This document shows, in pieces, positions 37,880 to 49,831 of a stretch of 64,000 nucleotides of DNA (the stretch's first letter is position 1; each line of letters opens with the position of its first letter). The position numbers and the translations under genes are program-made. Source of the DNA: Eledone cirrhosa (lineage: Eukaryota); contig OZ024740.1 of assembly GCA_964016885.1 (NCBI GenBank), positions 405,170,001 through 405,234,000 of the forward strand, written 5' to 3'. The notes beneath the pieces are model-generated. The model made no database searches. It was not told the DNA's origin and saw only the letters and a program-made list of their open reading frames with translations.

Positions 37880-38050
37880 ATCATCTTATATCTGCTTCAC
37901 CATGTCAGCATGGGTTGGATGGGTCTCTTCCAGCACAGCATTTTGCTACTTATTGTGGTCCATCATCTCTTTTTTAAGGTCAAGCCTCACCACTTCTTCC
38001 CACATATTTCAACAGGCTTCTCCCAATCGTGCCATTTCACTCTCTTCACC
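37880..38050 (-). mobile_element. Degenerate RTE 3' end
   Basis: catgtcagcatgggttggatggg terminal hairpin and cttcttccca..aggcttctcc segment. Confidence 0.55.
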
Positions 38051-38659
38051 AGGAAACAACATCCTTTGAAAATTGTAGTCAGTATCTTGATTAAATATGT
38101 AGATTCTGTTGAAAACTGTTTGTTGATAGTCTAGGGACAATAAACTACATTCCTTTGGGAAATTGTTTGATACTAATTCAGACCAAACTGACAAATAATC
38201 ACATTTGAGAGAATTTTGAATTATTTATGAAACAAACTGCCAGAACAATGGACTATTCTACTCAGAAACTTATGATATAATAAAAATAAGTAAATTTCCT
38301 CTTACCACTTCTCTATTGACTAGCTTCACATATAGTGAGATAGTAATAGTCAATCACCTTCAGAATTACCAAGACATAAGCTATGAGTAAGCTATTTCAC
38401 TTTGTGTTCTCTCTATTTTTCTAGACAGAGGTTGGCATCTTAGAATCATTTCTTCTTTGTACAAAATTCTCATTTGCAGTGTTTCATTGTCTGCAAATTT
38501 CTCCATATAAAATATGTATATTTTCTTTCCCTTTTCACCACAGGAACAGTATCTACTGTAACCAGTGTGGCACCCAAAGGACTTTAATCCCCCCACCTAA
38601 TGTAATACATTGTCTACTGTACATAAATTATTCAATTGACTTTACAAACACATATTTAA

Positions 38660-38841
38660 CCCTTTAGCATTTAAACGGGCCAAATCTGGCCAGAATTCTC
38701 TCACCTCTTTCTGTACAAACTGTTTGTATGTTATTCTCCAAATAAATAACAACAAAATATCATAGATTCGATATTATGTGAGGTAAAGCCTTTACCATGA
38801 AAATACAATAGTAAATATAGAGTAATGTAAATGCTAAAGGG
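38660..38841 (+). mobile_element. piggyBac-type MITE family A
   Basis: TTAA-CCCTTTAGCATTT...AAATGCTAAAGGG-TTAA with perfect TIRs. Confidence 0.88.
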
Positions 38842-39700
38842 TTAATAACCTTGATTTTATTAACATTGTAATTAGAAATCTGTTAGTTTTCTATGCTTGA
38901 ATTAATTAATTTTCAAACATGTACTTTAGTATTAGTATGTGATGTTAGCGTGGCAGATAGACGTTAAACGATGATGATGATGATGTTGATGAAGCCAATA
39001 TGGAAAGCAAATATAGAATGATGATATATTTATGTATAGTTAATTTTACATACCACCTTATTTTGTACAATCTAGCTATCATTGTTCATAAGCATCACAT
39101 CTTGTTTCCAACACAGTTTTCTCCTTTGCACACAATGGCTGATGTTTCTGATGCCCAGGTTTTGTTTTCAGCTTACCTCTGTTCCATCATTCATACACAC
39201 TAACATTACACATTTATTGGAGTATGCTCACCATAATTATGCAAATATATAATTATCCAGGCATATGTACTTCTTGAAACACACATTGTGTGTTTCAATA
39301 AGCAGATAACCTGGTGGTGCCCATCTCCTTTCCAGATATTGTTAGTTGTTAGCTTCTCTCAGATTTTTTGATAAGTGCTGTTTTTAATCTTGCTGATTAT
39401 CCACACTCGTACCACTTATCCAATAAACTAAGGGAGGGCATTAGTTACTAACCATGAAGCATGTGCAGGATTACATGTTCTTGTAGCAAGTAAAACCTGT
39501 GAACACTATTATTCAATGTGTCAGTTTTTTTTTTAAAAAGATGGTAGGGTGTAATTTAAAAGAGATTTGTCTGCTATTTCTAGCGGGTTGAGCAATTATG
39601 GCTCTCTGATATACATCCTTTAGCATAACATTGTTGTAAGTTTAGAGCTGCTCCTGGGGTTGTGTAAACAGGAAGCATCTTCTTGGTGGTTTCCTTGAAA

Positions 39701-40154
39701 ATAATTGTTTCTACTTTTGGCACAAAGCCAGCTATTACTCCAGTGTATTACTGGTACTTTATTTTAAACAATTGTTTCTATTTTCGGCACAAGGCCAGCA
39801 ATTACCCAGTGCATTACTGGTACTTTATTTTATCTACCCCGTAAGGATGAAAGGCAAAGTTCACCTTGGCGGGATTTGAACTCAGACCGTAAAGGGATGT
39901 AACTATGCTGGAAAGCATGGCGTTCGACTTTCTACTGATACTGCCAATCCCCCGTACTTCATTTTAAATAATTGTTTCTATTTTAGGCACAAGGCCACAA
40001 TTATCCAGTACATTACTGGTACTTTATTTTATCGACCCCGTAAGGATGAAAGGCAAAGTTAACCCCGGCGGGATTTGAACTCAGAATGGCAAGGGCCGGA
40101 ACTCTATGCGTCAAAGCAAGGTGTCCAACTCTCTCCCGATACTGCCAATCCACC
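39701..40154 (-). mobile_element. Tandem SINE family A copies (one partial, two full)
   Basis: Copies start at about 39701, 39768 and 39968. Confidence 0.87.
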
Positions 40155-40464
40155 AGGGTCATAGGCAACTGGGAGATGTTATCACTTCTGTGTTGTCCTA
40201 TCATTAACTTCCTATGTCCAGCTTGCTAAGGTAGTACTGTTGTGGTATAATTCATTATTGTAAGCAGCCACTACAATCTAATATTGACAACTGATCAAGC
40301 TAGTGAGGTAACCTTTATATGGTTACTTGACCTGCTAGAAATACCAACTAAATAGCTCTCAAATCACATCTACAACCTTTAAAAAAAGAAAGAATACATT
40401 GAATAATGTAATTCTGTATATACTAAATATGAAAGAAAGGACTGGAATAGTTTGATCATATATA

Positions 40465-40677
40465 ATAATAATGAAATAATAATGAAAATATTGTGTACAG
40501 TGCTCAGGTGCACTACAACTCATCAAAAGTGTATGTATAGTACATAGGGTAATGTACAAACGTCAAGAAAATGAACAGTGCATGAGTCATGATATACACG
40601 TGTGCATGTGTATGGAAGGGGGACATCAGGTGTAGTTTTGGCGAATTTCGGGAAGCATGAGAGTTTTAAAGGATGCT
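40465..40677 (-). mobile_element. CR1-type LINE 3' end
   Basis: Homologous to 25320-25516. Confidence 0.82.
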
Positions 40678-40701
40678 TGATCAGGGATGACATTTGCTTA
40701 A

Positions 40702-40909
40702 CCCTTTTGCATTTAAACCGGCCATATCCGGCCAGAATTCTCTGATCTCTTTCTGTTCAAACTGGCTGTAACTGGCCACTCATATTGATGTTAAGGTATT
40801 GTTCTCAAAATAAATAACATCAAAATCTCATAGGTTCGATATTATGTGAGATAAAGCCTTTACTGTGAAAATATAATAATAAATATAGGGTAATGTAAAT
40901 GCTAAAGGG
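40702..40909 (+). mobile_element. piggyBac-type MITE family A
   Basis: TTAA flanks at 40698-40701 and 40910-40913, with TIRs. Confidence 0.88.
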
Positions 40910-41052
40910 TTAAATAACATTGACAACTGGATCATTTGTTTTACATCCTGTGTTCAGTTATAGTCTTAAAAGAAGTTATCTATGACAGGCTGGTGTCCTA
41001 TCCAGTTAAAGGTTTTTTCTCATCCATTATATACCAAAGGTTTTTTTCTCAT

Positions 41053-41259
41053 CCTTTTGATACCAAACCACCTGAATCCACCTCTGATTCTCTGATACAA
41101 ATCTGTTTATTTTAAAGTGCTTATCTTTATCTAAAAATCTTCAATCTTAATTTTATGTAAGAAACATTAAGTTATGTTCCAAACGAGAAAGTTAGTTACA
41201 TTAATAAATCTCTCGAAATTAATTGAAAATCCTAGGCAATGTCTTTCATTAAGAAAGGG
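41053..41259 (+). mobile_element. piggyBac-type MITE family B
   Basis: ccttttgataccaa ... aaaggg-TTAA. Confidence 0.7.
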
Positions 41260-44200
41260 TTAATGTCATTTCAGTAGCTGCCAGTGAGCAGAAAGTGTAT
41301 CTGTCGAGTTCCATTATATTATTGGTAAATTACAAGTTCTGATATCTTTTGAAGCAAGAAATGTCAATTCTTATGCTAAAGTCTGAATAGTTTCTTTTAA
41401 GTGAAACTTTGAGAGGTTAAGACCTAATTCTAATTCTAAATTGAGAAAAATTTGATTTATAGGCCAAAAGAAAATTCAGCTATTAATGATTTTTTTTTAG
41501 AAAGAAATAAACAGGAATATTCCCAGATCCAGTGCTTCCTTTTCTGTTGGTTTTAATATTCACTGATCCAGTGGTTCCTTTTATTTTGGTTTTAAGCAAG
41601 TTTAGTCCTTATTTATGAAAGTACACAACTTAGGAAAACATGGGTTTCTGAATTCTAAATGGAATACTTTCAGAGTGTCTTGTAACTCTTAATATGGACA
41701 CAGAATAGCTAAATGGGCATGAAGTTCAGTTTACAATCTTAAGGTCTTTGCTTCGATTCCACTGCATGGCATTTAAGGGTAAGAATCCTTTACCATAGTC
41801 TGTAGATGAATCAAGCTTTGTGAATGAAATTGGGTAAACAGGAACAGTCTGGAAGCCCATCAAATGGACTGTACATGTAATTGAAAGGGCCAGCCTTGTC
41901 ACACACTGTTCTGAATCTACCCTAGAATTATATTAAGTGTTTATATGTCTGTGGAATGCTTAGCCACTTGTGTGTTAATTTCAGTAACAAACACTTCCAT
42001 TCATCAAATAACTGGAATACTCATTGTTAAAATCAGCTGAAACTCATTCCAACTCTTAAGGGGTTGTTAGATCATCATTAAAGACTGTGAGCCTCACTGA
42101 TAGGGATCATCCTGAAATAATTTTCTGTTCCCTTTTTTATCATTCCTACTGGTATTGTGATCACCTTTTTTTAAAGTTTAATGAGCAAATCTTTATTTTC
42201 TGAGCAAGTCAAATTCTTTTGCTGCAATATTGTGATCACATGCAATGCTCATATCAATCAATAAACAGACTTTATTTTGGTTTACAATAATACCCAGTTT
42301 ATTAGCTTTGATGATTCTGCCTGTATGTACAGGAAAGTCCTAAAGAATCATTACATATTATCCCTAAGTTACAGCCTCAGGGTGATGGCCAATATCAAAA
42401 CTCTGTCATGTCTAGATTTGTACTCTACTGGTGCTAACACTTTACATCCAGAGATTAAATGGTTCACCGTTTCTATCCCCTCATTGCAGAATTGGCGCTT
42501 TGGATCTACTTCATTTCTCATCACATAAGGCAGTGGAGTAGCAGAATTGTTAATGTGTTAGATAAAATACATTGCAATATTTCATTATAGCCCTCTACAT
42601 TCTGGTTTAAAATCGTATCAGGGATACTTCCTGGGTCAATAAAGTACCAGTCAAGTACAGTCAATTTAAACAAATTCTTCCTCTCACCTAAATTGCCAGC
42701 AATGTGTCTAAATGAGACCAGTTTTTTCTTTCATCTGTATATGAAAATATGTTCTGTTTGCTTCACAATGGAGAGAGATTCTGGTAAAAGAATAGAAAGA
42801 AAATAAGATGTTTGCAGATTTTAGGCATGATAATACTGATAAAATATTCAAAACAGAATACACAAGCTCTTTTAGAGATTAGAAACAGCATTGAAATTGT
42901 GAAGGAGCAAAGATTAGTTGAAAGGCATTAGCATAGATGTGAAATACTGCTTTATAAGATACTTTATTCAATCAGAATATAGCAGATTAAATATTGAGAA
43001 AAATCAAAACATTATGTTAAGACTGTTTATTGCTTCTAAAATAGTTAATATGTCTCATCTCTCACTTTTCTATCTTTCTTTCTTAGTCTCCCAACCTCTC
43101 TCCATGCACACATCTTTCCTTATTAACTCTTTTTCTTTTTTGAAGTTGGGTAATAACCTTTACCTGACTATTTTATTAGTGAAGGTTGTCTGCCCTTGAT
43201 CTACTACTCTCATCTGAAAAAGGATATAGACCAAGAAGAAATGCTCATTATTATCCTCCTTTTGAAGACTCTTTATGTTGTTTAAGAACTGTAAATACAT
43301 AAATCACTAGAACTATAGAATAAAGTTGAGATGTTTAGTAATTGAAATATAACAGGGTAAAAGTTTTAAGTGTCTGAATGTGAAAGAAATCTATAGAAAT
43401 ATCAACCAAGAACTATTTGATTCAAAATTGCTTTTGGATGACAAATCTGAAGATGTAGTAGATATTTTTCTATGGTAATTGCTTCAGCAAACTGTATTAA
43501 TACGGTGGTTCTATTACAGTAGTGTAAGAATTTTATTTTAAGCAAATAAGTTTTGATTATTTAATATTCATGACTAACATGGCAACTTCAATACATTAGA
43601 ACAGTTGTATATCATAGAATTTGTTTTCACAAGACTGGTTTATAAAATAATGAACTGTTTCACCTTATACAATCAGGCTAGGTATTGAATAAATAATATT
43701 TAACAATATTAAAAATACCGTGTGATGCTTTACTTTATTTACTCTCACGCCAGTGTGAAACTCCCTATTCACTGTAGCATGGTTTCTGTAGTTGGATGTC
43801 GTTCCTCAAGCCAACCACTTTACAACATGTATTGAGAGAATTTTATTGTGGCGCCATACTACCATATAAAGTGGACTGAGGTTTTTTTTTATCATGGTAC
43901 CAGCACTAACACATTACACACAGCCAGGCTTAAACTAAAGTTTCATACAATCTTCAGTGGGGAAAGGAATCTATTTAAAGATTTTGTTGCTTATATAAAT
44001 ACTGTGATCATAAAATGGAAGCAAAATGAATTGAAATTGAGCTGTTATACAGTCACACTAAAATAGCTTTCTCTGTGTATAAGCTTCACACAAAGTACTT
44101 CAGTGAAACTGAATCTAAGATTTAAAAATTCAGATAAGCATTTACTTGAATAAATAGTTTACAGAATGTATTAAAATGAATTCTTAGGTTTCAGTTTACA

Positions 44201-44336
44201 AGATGTGTATATTTCCACAACCATGAGGTTTCAGGCTATATCTCACTGTGTAGCTCTGAGTAAATGTCTTCTATAGCCTCAAGTCATCCAATGCTTGTGA
44301 ATAAAATTGGTAGGTAGAAACTGCATGAGGCTCATT

Positions 44337-44755
44337 CATCATCATCATCAACATCATCAACATCATTTTTATGTTTGTTTTTCCAAGCTTGCTTGGGTTG
44401 GATGGGTACTTTTAAGTACAGCTTCTCTCCACTTACCACATTCTATCTCCTCTGTAAGTCTCAGCAATTTGAGCTCAGTTCTCACTACATCTGCCCAGGT
44501 CTTTCTTGATCTACCCCGTCTGTAGCTTATTTCCACTGAGATTTCCAGGCACTTCTTCAACCATTGATCATCATTCATGTGTCATGTGCATCACATGTCT
44601 GTAGCAATGCAGTCTTCTCTCCTGCACACTACCTCAGATTCCTCTTAAATCCAGCTTCTCCCTCAGCTCGTCCAAGTTTTACCTTTCTCTCACACTTACA
44701 TTGCACATCCAACAAAGCAGGGTTGCTTCATTTCTCTCTTGTCTATGCATGTCCT
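44337..44755 (-). mobile_element. Degenerate RTE 3' fragment
   Basis: ORF 44369-44578 RRGRSRKTWADVV...KWREAV, with a (GAT)n tail. Confidence 0.75.
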
Positions 44756-44767
44756 CATTATATATAT

Positions 44768-44871
44768 AATAATAATTGTTTCTACTTTAGGCACAAGGCC
44801 AGCAATTACTCAGTGCATTACTGGTACTTTATTTTATCGACCCCGTAAGGATGAAAGGCAAAGTCAATCCC
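44768..44871 (-). mobile_element. SINE family A 3' half
   Basis: Matches family consensus. Confidence 0.8.
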
Positions 44872-44881
44872 AAATAATATT

Positions 44882-45127
44882 GAGCAAGAATAAGGTATCA
44901 ATATAGCATCATTATGTTTATCCATGCGTGACATGCATACTGCAATTGATCAGCTCAAGGTACGATTGGTATCGATTGGCCTGACTCTTGAATCATTAAG
45001 GAATACACAAGTCTGATGAGCTATCGATTTCAGTCAAGCATGATCATACCTTGAGTTGATCGATCGGGGAACACACATCACATGTTAATAAACATAGTGA
45101 TGCTATATTGATACCTCATTCCTGCTC
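44882..45127. mobile_element. Unclassified foldback/MITE-like element with about 85-bp imperfect inverted arms
   Basis: gagcaagaataaggtatcaatatagcatcattatgtttat pairs with ataaacatagtgatgctatattgatacctcattcctgctc; gatcagctcaaggta pairs with taccttgagttgatc. Confidence 0.75.
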
Positions 45128-45272
45128 CTTGTTATCATTATTATTCTGCTTCTTAAGGATACAGACTACGGTGTAATACCAAACATAGAATACCACATTG
45201 GTCACTTGACCCATATTGGCATTGATTGCTCAAACTGGTGAACCAATAGTAACTAAATGTTAAGCACCAATA

Positions 45273-45319
<47 letters not shown>

Positions 45320-45353
45320 GAAGAAATTAAAAGATGGTTAAAAAAGTTCCATA

Positions 45354-45420
45354 TATTTTATTATGCGCAGTTCGAAAACATCATCCTGGGACAAAAATTG
45401 TGTTCTCATCAGATAAAATA
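45354..45420 (-). ncRNA. Minimal type I hammerhead ribozyme motif (GAAA mutated to GAAC)
   Basis: Minus strand: TATTTTAT CTGATGA GAACA..TGTTTTC GAAC TGCGCA TA ATAAAATA. Confidence 0.7.
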
Positions 45421-45476
45421 AGGTAACTGGACACTTTCTTGTTCACAAGTGTTTTAGGCCTCATATCATGTTACCT

Positions 45477-45543
45477 TATTTTATCTGATGAGAACATCAT
45501 TTTTATCTCAGGATGATGTTTTCGAAAGGCACATAATAAAATA
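45477..45543 (+). ncRNA. Minimal type I hammerhead ribozyme motif (stem III mutated)
   Basis: TATTTTAT CTGATGA GAACATCAT..ATGATGTTTTC GAAA ggcaca TA ATAAAATA, with a perfect 8-bp stem I. Confidence 0.75.
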
Positions 45544-45699
45544 TATGGAACTTTTTTAACTATCTTTTAATTTCTTCTTTAATATATACTCCAGTTATAC
45601 CAACTGTTGAGTGCTACTTATCTGATATATGCATAGTTTTATTGTTCTACAATATTATTCACCTCCTATATATATATATATATATAAATGTAATCTGTG

Positions 45700-45772
45700 T
45701 GTCTATATGCTTCGGCTTGTACCCATGGGAAGTCAGGTCTTCTGTATTACTGCGTGACGCCAGAGGTCACGG
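45700..45772 (-). mobile_element. Short RTE fragment
   Basis: gcttgtacccatgggaagtc..tgcgtgacgccagaggtcacgg matches 49770-49840. Confidence 0.75.
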
Positions 45773-45780
45773 ATAACAAT

Positions 45781-46020
45781 ATGGCACAATTATTTCACCT
45801 CAATTGGCCCCACTCTCTATAACATTACACCAACACACATAACAGAAACAAACCCCATAAAGTTCAAGAAGTCTTTGGATAAATTCCTTCAAGAAATCCC
45901 GGATAAACCTCCCACACTCGGATGTGTCTCCATAAACAATAACTCTCTGGAATACCTTGCCAGATGGTACTATTAAGTTAGACATGGCCTGGGCCAACAC
46001 TAGCCGAAACCTGTTAAAGT
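45781..46020 (+). mobile_element. CR1/L2-group LINE 3' end
   Basis: Translation KFKKSLDKFLQEIPDKPPTLGCVSINNNSL is a typical RT C-terminal tail, followed by a short UTR. Confidence 0.7.
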
Positions 46021-46302
46021 TATATATATATATATTTATTTTTTATGTGTCTATATTTATGTGTGTGCATGTGATGCTTGCTCATGGGGTTGTTATTACT
46101 TAGTGAAGTGCTGGGAACATTGTGGTGTTGGATTAAAATTCTTTGCAGCATTTATGTTGACTCCTCTTCAAATTCTGGTTCCTTCCATCTTGAAGTCCAT
46201 ATTGACCATCATCCTTTTGAGTTCAGAAGTTAGCAGCTGCAACATCATACACAATACCTTGTGGTATCTCTTGTGGCCTTTCACTTTGTTGTACCTATAG
46301 AC

Positions 46303-46486
46303 CACTGGTTCCCAAAGTGGGTTCCTTGGAGCCCAAGGATTTCGCAAAGGAGTGGCTGATGTTCTGTGAAAAAAGGTAGAGAAGTATATTTATATTATGA
46401 CCATATAACAGTATTAGACTTTAGGGTTCCTCAAAAGTTTCTGGACCAAGAAGTGTTCCGCATTTGAAAAAGTTTGGGAAACCCGG
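46303..46486. mobile_element. hAT-Charlie MITE
   Basis: cactggttcccaaa / tttgggaaacccgg TIRs; 8-bp TSD ctatagac/ctctagac fits the Charlie NTCTAGAN preference. Confidence 0.75.
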
Positions 46487-46572
46487 CTCTAGACCATACC
46501 CATGATATGGGAAGTGGTGACTTGCTTGTAGGAGCCACTATCGTTCTCCTTCCTTATATGATGAATTCTTCT

Positions 46573-46575
<3 letters not shown>

Positions 46576-46634
<59 letters not shown>

Positions 46635-46672
46635 GCATATATGTGTGTGTGTGTGTATGCATATGTACATAT
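46576..46672. repeat. (GT)n/(AT)n microsatellite
   Basis: Directly visible. Confidence 0.95.
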
Positions 46673-46716
46673 ATAGTGCTGAATGATAGTGTTTGTTTGT
46701 TGCATATGTATGAAAT

Positions 46717-47478
46717 ATGAATCTGCGAGCTACCAAGCACCCACGTGAAGCGCCAACCCAGAGACCCTCCCCTACGAGTGTCGACAAATGCCCAAAACTC
46801 CGAGTTGGTACCATCAATGTAGGCTCAATGAAAGGAAGAGCAGGAGAAATCGTAGAAATGCTAGAGCGAAAGGAAGTTGATGTATGCTGTGTGCAAGAGA
46901 CTAGATGGAGAGGAGGGTCTGCTAGAGTCCTTGTAGGAAAAAGCCAGTGCTACAAATTTTTCTGGGTGGGAAATGACAATGGGATGGGTGGTGTAGGTAT
47001 ACTATTAGCTGACAAGTGGGTAGATAAAGTAATCTCAGTGTACAGGGTAAATGCAAGAATCATTAAACTCAGACTAGTCCTGAATAAGACAATTACCACA
47101 ATAATATCAGCTTACGCACCCCAATCGGGGCTGCCAGACGAACTTAAGGATAGGTTTTACGAGTCCCTAATACACACTACTGCTCTAACAGACGACAAGG
47201 ACTTCCTAATCATTGCAGGAGATTTTAACGGACACGTAGGTAAACACTGCGACGGCTTCAATAGAGTACATGGAGGCCATGGAGTTGGCACAAGGAATGA
47301 GGAAGGATTCAGACTTCTAGAATTCTGCGACGCCAATGACATGTCGATATGTAACACAAACTTTAAAAAACCCGACAACCACCTGATCACCTATAGATCA
47401 GGGGAGCACTCTAGTCAGTTAGATTTTATCCTCATCAGAGGACGTGACAGATGGACGGTCGTAAACACAAAAGCCTAG
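46717..47478 (+). CDS. RTE apurinic-like endonuclease domain (cut off by a frameshift)
   Basis: VGTINVGSM, CCVQETRW, ISAYAPQ, IAGDFNGHVG, SQLDFIL. The reading continues in another frame as PSEECTSQHSLVV. Confidence 0.93.
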   Translation: MNLRATKHPREAPTQRPSPTSVDKCPKLRVGTINVGSMKGRAGEIVEMLERKEVDVCCVQETRWRGGSARVLVGKSQCYKFFWVGNDNGMGGVGILLADKWVDKVISVYRVNARIIKLRLVLNKTITTIISAYAPQSGLPDELKDRFYESLIHTTALTDDKDFLIIAGDFNGHVGKHCDGFNRVHGGHGVGTRNEEGFRLLEFCDANDMSICNTNFKKPDNHLITYRSGEHSSQLDFILIRGRDRWTVVNTKA

Positions 47479-49831
47479 TGAGGAATGTACATCCCAACAT
47501 AGCTTAGTTGTCAGCGACCTCACGGTCAGAACTAGACGAGCCCTGAAACAGAGGCCAACCTGGAGAAGAAAGATCTGGAAGCTGAAAGTCCCCTCAACCA
47601 GTAACAGATTTAAAGATATTTTACTCAACGCCTACGACAGTAAAGAAGAACAGATAGAGACATTTAACGTAGAAGAGAACTGGGAGTTCCTAAAAAATAA
47701 CTTACTAGAGGCGACGGATGAGGTTTGTGGCTGGAGTAAGACCTCAAGCAGGAGGAGAGTGACTTGGTGGTGGAACAATAAGGTAGATGAAGCAGTCAAG
47801 GCCAAGAGACAGGCATGGAAAGAATGGAAGAACGGGGGGAGCAGGGTACATTACATAGAGACCAAGAGGGAAGCTAGGCGACAAGTATACTTAGCTAGGA
47901 GGGAAGCAGAGGATAGAAAATTCAAGCATGTTTTACAACGTGAGGACCAGAAACAGGAGGTATTCAAGATTGCGAGGCAGTGTGTCAGAGATAGTTGTGA
48001 TGTCATTGGAGAGAAGTGTATCCGGAATGATAAAGGTGAGCTTGCCCTCACAAGTGCTGAGAAGAAAGATGCATGGAAGAGTCATTATGATAGATTACTA
48101 AATGAGGAGAATGCATGGGAAGAAGAGACCCTACCCCACGTAGACCCTATAGAGGGACCAGCAGTACAAGTCAGCGGCAGCGTAGTAAGTAAGGCAATCA
48201 GAGATATGAAGATAGGGAAGGCAACCGGTCCATCGGGTATAGCTGCCGAGATGCTGAAGGCATCTGGGTCTGTAGGTCACACTATAACCACGCGTATCGT
48301 TAACCAGGTAATACTAGAGGGGGCCATACCAAAAGATTGGTGCAGTAGCATCATTGTCAACTGCTACAAAGGTAAAGGCGATGCACTAGATAGAGGAAAC
48401 TATAGAGGTATAAAGTTGATGGACCAGGTCATGAAAGTAACAGAAAGAGTTATAGGACAGCTGATTAGGGACCGGGTGAATATAGACGAGATGCAATTTG
48501 GGTTTGTACCAGGGAAAGGCACCACTGATGCCCTCTTCCTTGTGAGGCAATTACAGGAAAAGTACCTAGCTAAAAGTAAGCCACTCTACTTGGCATTTGT
48601 CGACCTTGAGAAAGCCTTTGACAGAGTTCCACGTGCTGTAATCTGGTGGGCTCTTAGAAAACTAGGAGTAGATGAATGGCTTGTGAAAGCGGTACAAGCC
48701 ATGTATAGGGGAGCAGTCAGCAAAGTTAGGATTGGCAATGAGTATAGCGAGGAATTTAGCGTACAGGTTGGGGTCCACCAGGGCTCTGTTCTTAGCCCTC
48801 TCCTGTTCATCATAGTCCTGCAGGCAATAACGGAGGAGTTTAAGACCGGATGCCCATGGGAACTCCTGTATGCTGATGACCTCGCACTCATAGCTGAATC
48901 TATGGTAGAACTAGAGAATAAATTCCAAACCTGGAAGCAGGGACTAGAGAGAAAGGGCCTCAAAGTCAACATGACAAAGACTAAGGTCCTTATAAGTAGA
49001 CGAGAAAACAGAACCCAGATCCCCTCAGGGAAATGGCCTTGCTCAGTATGTAGGAAAGGTGTAGGTAGGAACTCCATTCTCTGCCCCAAATGCAAACAAT
49101 GGGTACACAAGAGATGTAGCGGGATCTCAGGAAGCTTAATTAAGAATGTAGGATTCACATGCAGCAGCTGTGCTGAAACAGCAAGCAAACAGCCACAGGA
49201 AACAAGTACCACCAATCTCTGGGAGGGCCCTGTAGAAACAGTAGACAGCTTCTGCTACCTAGGTGACCGAATTAGCAACGGAGGTGGGTGCTCAGAAAGT
49301 ACAATAACTAGGGTAAGAACGGGATGGAAGAAGTTTAGGGAACTACTACCACTGCTAGCTGCAAAAGGCTTCTCCCTCAGAATGAAAGGCAGACTGTATG
49401 ATGCGTGTATCCGAACAGCGATGTTGCATGGTAGTGAGACCTGGGCGCTGAAGGTGGAAGACTTACGTAGATTAGAGAGAAACGAAGCCTGCATGCTCCG
49501 ATGGATGTGTAACAGTAATATACGTGAACGACAAAGCATAAAGGAATTGAGAGAGAGACTGAGCATAAGAGGAATCAAATGCTGCGTGCAGGAGAGGCGG
49601 TTACGCTGGTATGGACATGTGATGCGTATGAAGGTTGACAGCTGCATAAAAAGGTGCAGAGCACTAGAAGTTGATGGAAACCGCGGAGTGGGGAGACCCA
49701 AGATGACTTGGGATGAGGTGATAAAAGCCGACCTTACCCAACTACACCTCTCAAAGTCAATGACACACGACCGTGACTTCTGGCGTCACGCAGTAATACA
49801 GGGTACCCGACCTCCCATGGGTACATGCTGA
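47474..49831 (+). CDS. RTE reverse transcriptase with embedded PHD-like Cys/His finger
   Basis: Frame is open from about 47474 through the listed ORF. Motifs KATGPSGI, NYRGIKL, QFGF, FVDLEKAFD, GVHQGSVLSP, LLYADD, CSVC..CPKC..HKRC..CSSC. Confidence 0.95.
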   Translation, partial: PSEECTSQHSLVVSDLTVRTRRALKQRPTWRRKIWKLKVPSTSNRFKDILLNAYDSKEEQIETFNVEENWEFLKNNLLEATDEVCGWSKTSSRRRVTWWWNNKVDEAVKAKRQAWKEWKNGGSRVHYIETKREARRQVYLARREAEDRKFKHVLQREDQKQEVFKIARQCVRDSCDVIGEKCIRNDKGELALTSAEKKDAWKSHYDRLLNEENAWEEETLPHVDPIEGPAVQVSGSVVSKAIRDMKIGKATGPSGIAAEMLKASGSVGHTITTRIVNQVILEGAIPKDWCSSIIVNCYKGKGDALDRGNYRGIKLMDQVMKVTERVIGQLIRDRVNIDEMQFGFVPGKGTTDALFLVRQLQEKYLAKSKPLYLAFVDLEKAFDRVPRAVIWWALRKLGVDEWLVKAVQAMYRGAVSKVRIGNEYSEEFSVQVGVHQGSVLSPLLFIIVLQAITEEFKTGCPWELLYADDLALIAESMVELENKFQTWKQGLERKGLKVNMTKTKVLISRRENRTQIPSGKWPCSVCRKGVGRNSILCPKCKQWVHKRCSGISGSLIKNVGFTCSSCAETASKQPQETSTTNLWEGPVETVDSFCYLGDRISNGGGCSESTITRVRTGWKKFRELLPLLAAKGFSLRMKGRLYDACIRTAMLHGSETWALKVEDLRRLERNEACMLRWMCNSNIRERQSIKELRERLSIRGIKCCVQERRLRWYGHVMRMKVDSCIKRCRALEVDGNRGVGRPKMTWDEVIKADLTQLHLSKSMTHDRDFWRHAVIQGTRPPMGTC

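Larger units (their letters stand above)
45311..45667. mobile_element. Inverted Penelope-like pseudo-LTR pair (non-coding) inserted in (TA)n
   Basis: 117-bp inverted arms (45311-45427, 45470-45586), each holding a hammerhead motif; (TA)n on both sides. Confidence 0.7.

Noticed and set aside
45013-45035. CTGATGAG hammerhead-like box inside the foldback element
   Set aside because: No downstream stem II + GAAA and no stem I.
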